Below are positions 23,587-32,000 of a DNA stretch of 32,000 bases, piece after piece. The notes under the pieces are model-generated. The model had not been told where the DNA came from. It was given only the letters and a program-made list of their open reading frames with translations, and did not search any database. A program made the position numbers and the translations under genes. Location: assembly GCA_049276655.1 (NCBI GenBank), contig JBASWV010000006.1:321953-353952 (forward strand), given 5' to 3'. This DNA is from Candidatus Nitrosotenuis sp. Its GTDB lineage: Archaea > Thermoproteota > Nitrososphaeria > Nitrososphaerales > Nitrosopumilaceae. Each line of letters begins with the position of its first letter. The first letter of the stretch is position 1.

Positions 23587-24359
23587 TACTTGTATCCCTG
23601 AGATTGGCGCTTTTTTAGTATCTTTGCGTAATCTGAATTGATCTCTTTTATCAGATTCAGAGTTTCGTCTTTTATCAGGTCGAGATTCTCTATTACACAG
23701 TGGCCTCCGATGAATCCCGGAAACATCTTTGGCCTGTTTCCTAGGAACTTGTGGATTTCATCCGCAAAGGTCCACATTTCGTCATAGTTTACTTTGTTTT
23801 TAATGGCGATCATGTTGCTGAGCTGCGAATATGTGATGAGCCAGCCGTAATACGAAGTGTCGCATACAATTTTTGCTAGCTCCAAAGTAAGAGGCGTGGA
23901 CATTTTTTTTGTCTTGACTTTGCATTTTTTCATCAGTCTTGCAAATTCTGCGGACGCCCATTTTTCCTGCGGCGCACTCGGCTCAATTGCGTAGAACTTG
24001 GTGTATCGCCTAAGATCGGTAAGCATCCTTTTGTGAACGCCGCGTGTGGCGCTATAAATCACCGGCACGTCCACCATCGACTGGATCTTGCTTGTCGTAC
24101 CAGGAGTTATTGTGCTGTGTATTACGATGCCCCTTGGGGCAAATTTTTTGTAAAGGCCAAGTATGTTTTTTGCAAAATTGTCATTATATGGAATGCAGAC
24201 ATGGAGCAGTGTGGTGGGTAGGTTTGCGTGTTTTTTTTCTAGCTTCTTGTCTACCAGCTTTTCGTTGATGTCAAATCCTGCGGCAGGTACTATCTCAGAG
24301 ATTAGCTGTAAAATTGGCGTTCCTATTTCGCCCAAGCCGGCTACTACATTTTTTTCCAT
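23583..24359 (-). CDS. Short UDP-glucose/GDP-mannose dehydrogenase-family paralogue lacking the C-terminal nucleotide-sugar domain
   Basis: Rossmann start VAGLGEIG. The central domain LELAKIVCDTSYYGWLITYSQLSN...FPGFIGGHCVIENL parallels the GGSCLPKD region of the full-length Ugd at 25615-26919. Only 258 aa. Confidence 0.55.
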   Translation of the reverse strand: MEKNVVAGLGEIGTPILQLISEIVPAAGFDINEKLVDKKLEKKHANLPTTLLHVCIPYNDNFAKNILGLYKKFAPRGIVIHSTITPGTTSKIQSMVDVPVIYSATRGVHKRMLTDLRRYTKFYAIEPSAPQEKWASAEFARLMKKCKVKTKKMSTPLTLELAKIVCDTSYYGWLITYSQLSNMIAIKNKVNYDEMWTFADEIHKFLGNRPKMFPGFIGGHCVIENLDLIKDETLNLIKEINSDYAKILKKRQSQGYKY

Positions 24360-24404
24360 CAACTATTGGAATCGATAAACCCCTAATTAACCATGAAATA
24401 AACA

Positions 24405-25535
24405 CTATTGCTTTGGAACTTTATTTTTCAGGTATAATATGTACAGAAAAGCCGTGCTTAAGATCGACGATGCCAGAACCGCCATGGATAGTCCTGTTAA
24501 ACCAAAGGTGTTGCCAAGAATCGCAAGTAATATGAGCAGTGAGCCGATCCTTACCGCTGCAAGAAAGCCTACGCGGGTAGACCCAATCGCCTGTAGTTTT
24601 GCAGTCAGAATGGCCCCCACAGTAAGAGGTATGATCGAGACTACAAGAATTTGAAAGCTGTAGGTTCCCTCCTGGTATTGCGGAAATAATTTTCCGATGA
24701 CAAATGGGGCAAGAACTATCACAACTGCGGATATTGCTATCGATGCGGCTACGACAACTGCGCTTATTTTTTTCTGGCTCTTTCCGCTTGATTCCTCCGA
24801 TAGCAAAAACGAGTGAAGCGCCAGTGGAAGCATTTCAAGGCCTGACAGTATCTGCAGGTTTAGCTGGTAGATTCCCGTGTATGCAAAACCCATGATCGGC
24901 ACGATGAGGAGCTTGTCGACAAACCTGGTGGCGTTTGTGGACATGTCCACGCCAAAGTTGTGCGCAAGCACCTTGTAGTTGTTTTTAATGACATCAAATG
25001 AGTTTTTGAATTGCAGGAATTTGAAAAAATGTGGGCTGCAAACCAAATAGCTGATTGACGAGCCAAGAAGTATTCCTGGTATTTCGAAGACGAAATACAA
25101 AGCTATTGGCAGCGTGACTATGAGAATCCCTTTTGTGATGTCGATGCCCATGTATTTTTTGTATTTTTTTAGTCCCGTCAAGTTGTGGATGTTCATTAGA
25201 AACAGAGACATTGAAAAACACAGCAGAGCAACGTTTGGATCCACCAGCAGGAGCAAAAGCGATGCTGCAGTGGTAGTTATTATGGCAAGGGAATTTACCT
25301 GACTTGACATCCGAGTTTCGCCTTTTGCCTGATATACCGTGACGGTGTGGTTTAGGCCAAAACGCGAGACCGTCGAGACGGTTCCGGCAATGGCAATTAG
25401 GTAGCTTAGCTGGCCGTATGCCTCTGGCTGCAGCAAGGCAGCAAAAATGAGATAAAACAACGCCTGCAATCCCGCAGAGACTATCCTTCCTACCATGACA
25501 AAAGAAAAGTCCCTTGTAGAATTCACAGAGCCCAT
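24405..25535 (-). CDS. Polysaccharide/oligosaccharide flippase (Wzx/MOP superfamily-like)
   Basis: 376 aa and polytopic. The N-terminus GRIVSAGLQALFYLIFAALLQPEAYGQLS is typical of polysaccharide-biosynthesis membrane proteins. Confidence 0.7.
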   Translation of the reverse strand: MGSVNSTRDFSFVMVGRIVSAGLQALFYLIFAALLQPEAYGQLSYLIAIAGTVSTVSRFGLNHTVTVYQAKGETRMSSQVNSLAIITTTAASLLLLLVDPNVALLCFSMSLFLMNIHNLTGLKKYKKYMGIDITKGILIVTLPIALYFVFEIPGILLGSSISYLVCSPHFFKFLQFKNSFDVIKNNYKVLAHNFGVDMSTNATRFVDKLLIVPIMGFAYTGIYQLNLQILSGLEMLPLALHSFLLSEESSGKSQKKISAVVVAASIAISAVVIVLAPFVIGKLFPQYQEGTYSFQILVVSIIPLTVGAILTAKLQAIGSTRVGFLAAVRIGSLLILLAILGNTFGLTGLSMAVLASSILSTAFLYILYLKNKVPKQ

Positions 25536-25614
25536 ACAGACATCATCCCTATCATTTTCGTTTCTAAATACTTGGAAGAAAAGTTTTGCAACGGAGCTGG
25601 TTAGTTTTAGTTAT

Positions 25615-26919
25615 TCACGCGCCAAGCCCTGTGGCTCTAAAGTTTGCTTTTGAGAACTTGGCAGGATCGAACACTCGTCTGGAGTCAATAATGTTTAGGG
25701 TTTTCATCGTGTTTTTAAAATCAGACATCTGTAGTTTTTTGTACTCGTCCCAGTCCGTCATTATTATGCAGCAGTCACTGTTTTTGAGGCAGTCCTTGAC
25801 TGTCTTGCAGTAGGTGATGTTTTGGAATAGCTTGGCAAAGTTTTGTGCCGCCATTGGGTCGTGAACCTTAACGGATATGTCGTAGTCCAGTAGTTTTGCA
25901 ACCAACGGAATTGATACGGACTCTCTTACGTCGTCGGTATTCTTTTTGAAGGCAAGTCCAAGCACGGATATTGTTTTGTTTTTGCGCAATACCTTCATCT
26001 GTTTTAGCATGTTGATGATTTTATCAGGTTGTGTCTTGTTTACTTGTTGGACTGCCCTTAGGAGTACGTTGGTGTCGCCAAGGTTCTTTGATAGTGTGAT
26101 CAGTGCCGAGAGGTCTTTTGGGAGGCAGCTGCCGCCAAATCCTGGTCCTGCGTTTAAAAAGAGCGGGCCGATTCTTGGGTCTTTGCCTATTGCGTATGCT
26201 ATTGTGGTTACGTCTGCCATCGGAAAGTTCTGGCAAATGTTTGCAATGGAGTTTATGAAGCTTATTTTAGTCGCAAGAAACGCGTTGTTAGAGTATTTTA
26301 TCAGCTCGGCGGTGGTAAAGTTTGTTCGCAATGTTTCAGGCAGCTTTTTGTAAAATGCCTTGTAGTATTTCGCAAGGGCGTTTCCTGCCCGCTTGTCTTG
26401 CTCTCCTATTACTATTAGATGTGGCTCCAAAAGATCTCGCACCGCGGTTCCCTCCCTTAGAAATTCGGGATTTACTGCAAGCATTACGTTTCTGAGATGT
26501 CTGAGCTTTGGCAAAATGACGTCATTTGTGGTGGTCGGGGCAACGGTGCTCTTTACCACTACTAGGTGTGGTTGTTTTTTCTTTGATAGTGCCTTGGCTA
26601 TTTCCGTGACGACCCTGTTGACTTGGGACAGATCTATTTTGCCGCCCCTGGTCGGCGTTCCTACCGTGACAAAGGTAATGTCCGTGTTTACGATAGAGTT
26701 TATTTTGTTGGAAAAGCTGATCTTCTTTTTGCGAATGGCGTTTTTTAGAAATTCTTCCAGCCTGGCTTCATAAAAGTCCGGCTTGCCTTTTTTGAGACTT
26801 GATAGTTTTTTTTCGTCGATGTCGATTCCTATCGTGTCAAATCCTTTTTGTGCATTGACTGCTGCAAGAGATAATCCGACAAACCCCAGTCCTATTACTG
26901 AGATTTTTTGGGCAGTCAT
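25615..26919 (-). CDS. ugd: UDP-glucose 6-dehydrogenase
   Basis: ISVIGLGFVGL, NPEFLREGTA, GFGGSCLPKD and the C-terminal UDP-binding domain. 434 aa. Confidence 0.85.
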   Translation of the reverse strand: MTAQKISVIGLGFVGLSLAAVNAQKGFDTIGIDIDEKKLSSLKKGKPDFYEARLEEFLKNAIRKKKISFSNKINSIVNTDITFVTVGTPTRGGKIDLSQVNRVVTEIAKALSKKKQPHLVVVKSTVAPTTTNDVILPKLRHLRNVMLAVNPEFLREGTAVRDLLEPHLIVIGEQDKRAGNALAKYYKAFYKKLPETLRTNFTTAELIKYSNNAFLATKISFINSIANICQNFPMADVTTIAYAIGKDPRIGPLFLNAGPGFGGSCLPKDLSALITLSKNLGDTNVLLRAVQQVNKTQPDKIINMLKQMKVLRKNKTISVLGLAFKKNTDDVRESVSIPLVAKLLDYDISVKVHDPMAAQNFAKLFQNITYCKTVKDCLKNSDCCIIMTDWDEYKKLQMSDFKNTMKTLNIIDSRRVFDPAKFSKANFRATGLGA

Positions 26920-26959
26920 AGTGTTATTGATTTTTTTGCTTTATTAAAAAGTGTGGCAC

Positions 26960-27796
26960 TTATTTTAGCGACACCAGCACTTTGCTGTATGATTGCGGCG
27001 TTCCGATGTCGATTCTTCTCTCTCCTTTTTGAAGTAAGACCCCTATGATTCTGTCGCCATTTTTTAGCGCCATGTTAAATGCCTCGGCCAGCTGGTTTTG
27101 CGGATTTGATTTTTTTCTGGCTAGTGCGAGATAGTTGAAGATTTTTGGCTTGAAGAGGTATATCGCAATTACTGCGTGCTTTGAGCGCGGTTTTTTCGGT
27201 TTTTCGACCATTTCCTTTACGTCGATTATCCCTTTTTCAAGTAGCGGTCCGTTGACGACACCATATTGGGAAGGGTCGTTCACATCCTCGATTAGGAATG
27301 CCATATCTGCCTTGTATTTTTTGAAGTTGGCCTCAAGGCGCTTTAGATGCATGTTGTTTTTCGATATCACGATGTCGTCTCCGGCATGAAGCAGAAAATG
27401 ATCTTTGCCTACAAAGCTCTTGCTCCACTCTATGGCGTCTCCAAATCCGATTGGCTTTGGCTGCGAGACAAACATTATGTTAGAATGCTTTAATTTTTTA
27501 AAAAAATCATCTAGCAGTCCTGCCAAGTCTTTTTTCTTTTCGTGTTTTAGCTGGTTTAGTAGATCATAGTTTGGCGTAAAGTGATCTTCCACTGCCCTCT
27601 TGGTTCGCCCCACCACAAAACAAAAATCTCTAATTTTATAGTCGTGCAACGATTCAAAAATGACTTGTAGGATTGGCTTTAGGACGAGCTTGCCGTCCTT
27701 TGACTTGTTGTATATCGGAAGCATCTCTTTTGGGATTTCTTTTGTAAGTGGCAAGAGTCTGGTTCCAAGGCCGCCAACTGTCAGTACGCACTTCAC
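26960..27796 (-). CDS. UTP-glucose-1-phosphate uridylyltransferase-like sugar nucleotidyltransferase
   Basis: GGLGTRLLPLTKEIPKEMLPI and GFGDAI. GTG start. Confidence 0.8.
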   Translation of the reverse strand: MKCVLTVGGLGTRLLPLTKEIPKEMLPIYNKSKDGKLVLKPILQVIFESLHDYKIRDFCFVVGRTKRAVEDHFTPNYDLLNQLKHEKKKDLAGLLDDFFKKLKHSNIMFVSQPKPIGFGDAIEWSKSFVGKDHFLLHAGDDIVISKNNMHLKRLEANFKKYKADMAFLIEDVNDPSQYGVVNGPLLEKGIIDVKEMVEKPKKPRSKHAVIAIYLFKPKIFNYLALARKKSNPQNQLAEAFNMALKNGDRIIGVLLQKGERRIDIGTPQSYSKVLVSLK

Positions 27797-27873
27797 AACT
27801 AGAACACTTGAGTACCTCTAATTATACTTGTGAGTAAATTAATTGAACCAGCCGTAGGCAAGATGTTTTTATT

Positions 27874-28824
27874 TTAGTCGGTTTCGTCTTGTTTGTTGTG
27901 CAACCTTAGCAGGTATAGTATTTCTTCTAACAAAACCGACTGCCTGCCCAAAATAGACGATACTACTGCCATGAGCGCAGAGACGGAGCCTACCACCAAG
28001 AACAGCACGGCTGCCATCGCAGACGGGTAATACGGTGATACAGAACCAGTGATATAGAAATGATTCAGCACAAATACGGAAAAAGCCACCCCTATTCCAA
28101 ATAAGATAGCGGACAGGATGCTGAAAAATTTGAATGCCTTGTAAAATACCAAGGTAGCAGTTACAATCGTGAGTGTTTTGTATGCGTATGAAAAGATATT
28201 TGAGATGAGTCGCGACTTGTCGGCCCTTTTGCGGAAGGTTATTGGGACGTTTGCCATCTTTAGCTTTTTGAATTTTAACTCCATCAGGGTTTCCTGGGTG
28301 AAGGTATAGTTGGAAAATATGTGCAGTTTTGCTACAGTCTCCCTAGTATAGGCCCGAAAGCCCGACTGGCCGTCCGATATGTCCAGGCCAATAATTGAGG
28401 AGAGCGTCTTTGTGACCATTATGTTTCCGATTTTATTTCCAAACTTCATGTGGTCCAGTTTTTTGACTTGGCGATCGCCTAGGACCATGTCCGCTTTGTT
28501 TTGGATTATCGGCTCTACTATTAGCGGAATCTCCTTGGAATCGTACTGATCGTCGGCGTCTGTCAGTACAAGTATGTCAGAGCCGCTTTCAAGGAATTTT
28601 GCAAATCCCTCTGCGACTGCCTTTGCCCTTCCTTTGTTTTGCCTAAAGGAATAGACCGTTGCGCCTGCGCTTTTTGCGACATCGGCAGTTTTGTCCGAAG
28701 AGCCGTCATTGATTACCATGACGTCGACTTTGTCAATGTTTGGAATGGATTTCGGAATTTCAGATATTACCTTTCCAATTGTTTTTTCTTCATTATAGGC
28801 AGGGATTACGACGGTTAACTTCAA
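27874..28824 (-). CDS. Family 2 glycosyltransferase with C-terminal TM helices (dolichol-phosphate sugar synthase-like)
   Basis: VVIPAYNEEKTI, NDGSSDKT and TDADDQYD, followed by hydrophobic C-terminal segments. TTG start. Confidence 0.85.
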   Translation of the reverse strand: MKLTVVIPAYNEEKTIGKVISEIPKSIPNIDKVDVMVINDGSSDKTADVAKSAGATVYSFRQNKGRAKAVAEGFAKFLESGSDILVLTDADDQYDSKEIPLIVEPIIQNKADMVLGDRQVKKLDHMKFGNKIGNIMVTKTLSSIIGLDISDGQSGFRAYTRETVAKLHIFSNYTFTQETLMELKFKKLKMANVPITFRKRADKSRLISNIFSYAYKTLTIVTATLVFYKAFKFFSILSAILFGIGVAFSVFVLNHFYITGSVSPYYPSAMAAVLFLVVGSVSALMAVVSSILGRQSVLLEEILYLLRLHNKQDETD

Positions 28825-28978
28825 TTTCGAATACTTGATTTTTTGATGATATAAAATCTATGGGGTTACTGTCTGTTAATCACGAGGGTTATGCCAATCC
28901 ATTATTGTGATTTGACTGTTTCAAGGCAGCTAGCCGTGCATAGTTTTATTTTGTACCTGCCACAAGCCTCAATGAAAA

Positions 28979-29689
28979 TTGTCTGAATACAGCGGCCATG
29001 AGAATTTAGAGACTGCCACCAAGAGAAAAAACTTTACAAAATGGGTCTTTGATGTGGTTTCGCCCGCATTGAAAGGAAATATCCTTGAGGTCGGAAGCGG
29101 GCTCGGAACTTTTTCTGAGCACATAATCCAGAGATTTCCGGAATCTTTGATAACGCTATCAGATGTCTCGACCACATATGTGAAGAATCTGGAAGAAAAG
29201 TTTGGCTCAAGCAGAGTAGACGCCTACAAACTGGACCTAAATGATTCTGAGGATTTTAGAAAGATGTCTCATAAAAAATTCGACTCTATAATTGCAATAA
29301 ACGTTTTAGAGCACATCGAAGACGACAAGATGGCGCTGCGGCAGCTGCGTGACTTGCTCAACGTCGGCGGAACCCTGGTCATACTTGTGCCGGCAAACAA
29401 GTTTCTCTATAACGTAATAGACAAAAGCATCGGCCATTGGAGACGATACACAAAAGGCGAGCTGCGAGCCAAGGTAAAAGAGTGCGGCTTTGGCATAGAT
29501 GAGATGTTTTCCTTTAACATCTTGGGAATGGTTGGTTGGTACATCAATGGAAACGTATGCAAAAACCCGGTGATAAACAAACAGGCTTCTGGGGTATTTG
29601 ACAAGCTGATTCCGGCAATGAGAGTAATCGAAAAATTGCTCGGCAGGAAAATAGGCCTTTCGGTTATTTGCTTTGCAAGAAAAGCCTAG
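28979..29689 (+). CDS. Class I SAM-dependent methyltransferase
   Basis: ILEVGSGLGTFSEHI (motif I), IIAINVLEHIEDD and GGTLVILVP. TTG start. Confidence 0.75.
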   Translation: MSEYSGHENLETATKRKNFTKWVFDVVSPALKGNILEVGSGLGTFSEHIIQRFPESLITLSDVSTTYVKNLEEKFGSSRVDAYKLDLNDSEDFRKMSHKKFDSIIAINVLEHIEDDKMALRQLRDLLNVGGTLVILVPANKFLYNVIDKSIGHWRRYTKGELRAKVKECGFGIDEMFSFNILGMVGWYINGNVCKNPVINKQASGVFDKLIPAMRVIEKLLGRKIGLSVICFARKA

Positions 29690-30630
29690 AGATATTTTTT
29701 CGTCTCAGAGCACCACTTGATGCAGTTTTTGATGCCTTCGTCTAGCGGCATTTTGGGCTCGTAGCCTATCTCTTTTTTTGCCTTGGATATGTCAGAATGG
29801 GTCTTTTGTACGTCTCCTGGTGGCGAGTCTACGTGTTCTCTGTCTAGTTTTGTGCCAAGATGCCTTTCCAAAAGGGAGACCATCTCGTTGACTTTGACTG
29901 GCCTTCCTGAGCCCAAGTTGTACGTGCCTTGGCCTCTTTTTGCCGCCAGAATTGTTCCGTTTACAATATCTGAGACATAGGTAAAGTCCCTTTCTTTGTT
30001 TCCATCACCGTAGATCGGTATTGGTTTTTTTTGCTGCGCAAGCCTTATGAATTTGGTAAAGGCCTCGTCTGGCCTTTGCCTTGGACCATACACGGTGTAA
30101 AATCGGAGCATTGCAAGTTTTGTGTTGGTTTCTTTGGAATGTTGCAGGCATATTTTTTCTGCCTCTTTTTTTGTTTGGCCATATGGAGATATTGGGTTCA
30201 GTGGGTGATCCTCTTTTACTGGGAAATCCTCTGCTGCGACCTCGCCGTACACTGATGAGGTTGACGCAAAGACGATTTTTTTAGCCCCGTCCTTGAATTT
30301 AGCGAGGAGTTTTTTGGTTCCTTCCACATTTATCTGGAAATATTCTTGTGGGTTTAGAATGGAGTTTCTCACGCCCGCTATAGCGGCAAAGTGGTAAAGG
30401 CAGTCTACTTTTGGCAGCTTGTCCAGATCACCATCGGATAGAATGGAGCCCTCTATGAACTGGAAGTTTTTTGATTTTTTTGCATTCTCCAAGTTTAGCT
30501 CCTTTAGCTTTCGCGGATAGTATGGGTGAAAGTTGTCTATTCCAACCACTTCCCAGTTATTGTTTAGCAGTTCCTCGGTAAGATGTGAACCGATAAATCC
30601 GGCACAGCCGGTGACCAAACCAATAGGCAT
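29686..30630 (-). CDS. NAD-dependent epimerase/dehydratase, UDP-glucuronate 4-epimerase-like
   Basis: VTGCAGFIGSHL, STSSVYG, YGQTKKEAE (YxxxK), LRFYTVYGPRQRPDEA and RDFTYVSDIV. Confidence 0.85.
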   Translation of the reverse strand: MPIGLVTGCAGFIGSHLTEELLNNNWEVVGIDNFHPYYPRKLKELNLENAKKSKNFQFIEGSILSDGDLDKLPKVDCLYHFAAIAGVRNSILNPQEYFQINVEGTKKLLAKFKDGAKKIVFASTSSVYGEVAAEDFPVKEDHPLNPISPYGQTKKEAEKICLQHSKETNTKLAMLRFYTVYGPRQRPDEAFTKFIRLAQQKKPIPIYGDGNKERDFTYVSDIVNGTILAAKRGQGTYNLGSGRPVKVNEMVSLLERHLGTKLDREHVDSPPGDVQKTHSDISKAKKEIGYEPKMPLDEGIKNCIKWCSETKKYL

Positions 30631-30705
30631 AGCTGTGAATTAGAATTTCTACATATAAGCCAGACCTCATAATCTATTAAATAACTCAGAATTTCCTCTG
30701 ATATA

Positions 30706-32000
30706 GTGGACAGTCTCTATTCCTTCAGGTCGTTTGCCAAAAACGAAGGATTGTTGCTCAACATAGCGAAAATTCTGCTGATTTGTTTTGTGTCTTTTTT
30801 TCTTCTTGGCAACATAGAGCCGTTCTATGAGGGAAGGGATGCGTATACGCATGCGCTGGCGTCGATTAATTTCTCGCATGGACGGCTGGAAAGAACCAAC
30901 CCGCTGCTCCAAGAGACCGGACTGAGGGAGTTTGCCGGCGACAGGTGGCTTGTGACTGACTTTAACACGGCTGTTCCTAGGATCCCAGGCATAGGAATTG
31001 TGTTCTTTGGCGGCATTTCATTTCTCTTGGGCGGGTATTATGGCCTGTTTTACCTGACGCCTATTTTTACCATCATTCTGCTAATAGTTTCAGAAAGGGT
31101 AGCAACCAAGCTATTTGGAAGGTATGTAGGACTGTTCACTTTGCTCGTGGTGGGAACAAGCAACCTGCTATTTAGGAACAGCACGTCGCTTCAGACGGAA
31201 AGTCTGTTTTCGGTTTTTTTCATTTTGGCTAGTTTCTACTTTGTAAAGTACCTGAGGGGCAAAAATAACCTGTATCTGCTTTTGGCCTCGTGCCTTTTTG
31301 CGGCCTCGACGGCAGTCAGGCTGCAGGGGGTGGTGAGCTTTCCAGTTGAAATAGCGGTAGTTGTCGGGTTTTTTGCAGTAAATGTGATTCAAAAAAGACG
31401 CGGCGTTTCCACAAATCAAAGAATACTTGGGCGCAGATCAGACGTTGCAAAGGCACTTGTGTACATTGCCATTCCGTGGATAATCTTTTTTGCTTCATAC
31501 ATGGCTTTTTTTGATTATTATTTTGGCAATCCCTTCACAAACTACGGCGAGGTTGCAAATTTTAAGAGCTACGAGACCTCGCCGTCCTCTTTTACGACCA
31601 TAAGGGGCGAGGATCTGGACAATGTCAAACAATACTCGAAATATCTTTTCCCGTACCAGATTCCGGCCATTTTTGACAGAACCGACAATAATTTAGAGAG
31701 TCTTTTTGGCAGTGATTGGCTAGGAGTTGTGGCCCTTTTGATCATTGCGTTTTCATTGCTTGTTTCACTACGAATTAAAAAACACAGGCTCGAGATGATT
31801 TTGTTTTTGCCATTGATATTTGCGACAGTTTGGTTTTATTCGTCGCTGACAAGCGAGGACAGGGCTGCAAGCGGCGTTCCTGGGAGATTTATGATTCCGG
31901 CCTTTATCCTCAGCACGATGGTTTTTGGATTTTTGTTAAGAGAATTCACAAGGATTGCGGCTACAAGATCTATCATACTGAGATCGTTGAGGGTTGTGGT
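30706..32000 (+). CDS. Polytopic GT-C-type membrane glycosyltransferase (PMT/ArnT-like), 3' end outside window
   Basis: Absent from the ORF track because no stop is reached. The frame is open from 30685 to 32000, with GTG 30706 as the likely start. Many hydrophobic helices (GIGIVFFGGISFLLGGYYGLFYL..., LGVVALLIIAFSLLVSL...). All track ORFs overlapping it are antisense and non-protein-like. Confidence 0.6.
   Translation, partial: MDSLYSFRSFAKNEGLLLNIAKILLICFVSFFLLGNIEPFYEGRDAYTHALASINFSHGRLERTNPLLQETGLREFAGDRWLVTDFNTAVPRIPGIGIVFFGGISFLLGGYYGLFYLTPIFTIILLIVSERVATKLFGRYVGLFTLLVVGTSNLLFRNSTSLQTESLFSVFFILASFYFVKYLRGKNNLYLLLASCLFAASTAVRLQGVVSFPVEIAVVVGFFAVNVIQKRRGVSTNQRILGRRSDVAKALVYIAIPWIIFFASYMAFFDYYFGNPFTNYGEVANFKSYETSPSSFTTIRGEDLDNVKQYSKYLFPYQIPAIFDRTDNNLESLFGSDWLGVVALLIIAFSLLVSLRIKKHRLEMILFLPLIFATVWFYSSLTSEDRAASGVPGRFMIPAFILSTMVFGFLLREFTRIAATRSIILRSLRVV

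Noticed and set aside
30667-31498. Four minus-strand ORFs of 60-83 codons listed in the track.
   Set aside because: All overlap the long plus-strand frame that encodes a coherent polytopic membrane protein, and their products are Arg/Lys-rich nonsense.
1-32000. Scan for CRISPR-like regularly spaced direct repeats and for rRNA genes.
   Set aside because: No array of repeats 24-40 bp long with uniform spacers, and no rRNA-like conserved blocks, were seen on either strand.

Overview
Archaeal chromosomal window, most likely from an ammonia-oxidising Nitrososphaerota (Thaumarchaeota) genome. That origin is inferred from an intron-containing tRNA, an Orc1/Cdc6 gene, a heme-copper oxidase operon carrying plastocyanin-like cupredoxins instead of cytochrome c, an archaeal PGI/PMI, F420-type enzymes and many TTG/GTG starts. 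Gene order: pstB (partial) and phoU; a few small unknown genes and a HEAT-repeat protein; then a visibly AT-rich ~7.7 kb island (2516-10268). I read the island as two decayed integrated elements stacked serially at tRNA-Lys(CUU). Element A (2527-5424) carries a wHTH/nucleotidyltransferase pair resembling AbiE and a degenerate tyrosine-recombinase gene. Element B (5443-10250) carries a secreted metzincin module, small regulators, a multiply disrupted Orc1/Cdc6 gene and a PLD-like/unknown gene pair. Each element ends in a homologous integrase C-terminal coding tail placed at fixed spacing before a copy of the tRNA 3' end. Downstream lie an SRPBCC protein with an RHH-like tail, a terminal oxidase operon (11449-15114, minus strand), a histidine phosphatase and a solo tnpB IS element. 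These are followed by an F420/NADP reductase, a PPOX-like protein, an aminotransferase, tRNA-Arg(UCG), a GNAT, a DUF59-PqqD fusion and an MtnA/aIF-2B-like isomerase. The window ends with a ~9.5 kb glycan-biosynthesis cluster (22525-32000) whose last gene, a GT-C-type membrane glycosyltransferase absent from the ORF track, runs off the edge. No rRNA gene or CRISPR array was seen. All family calls rest on motifs read by eye; no database search was possible.
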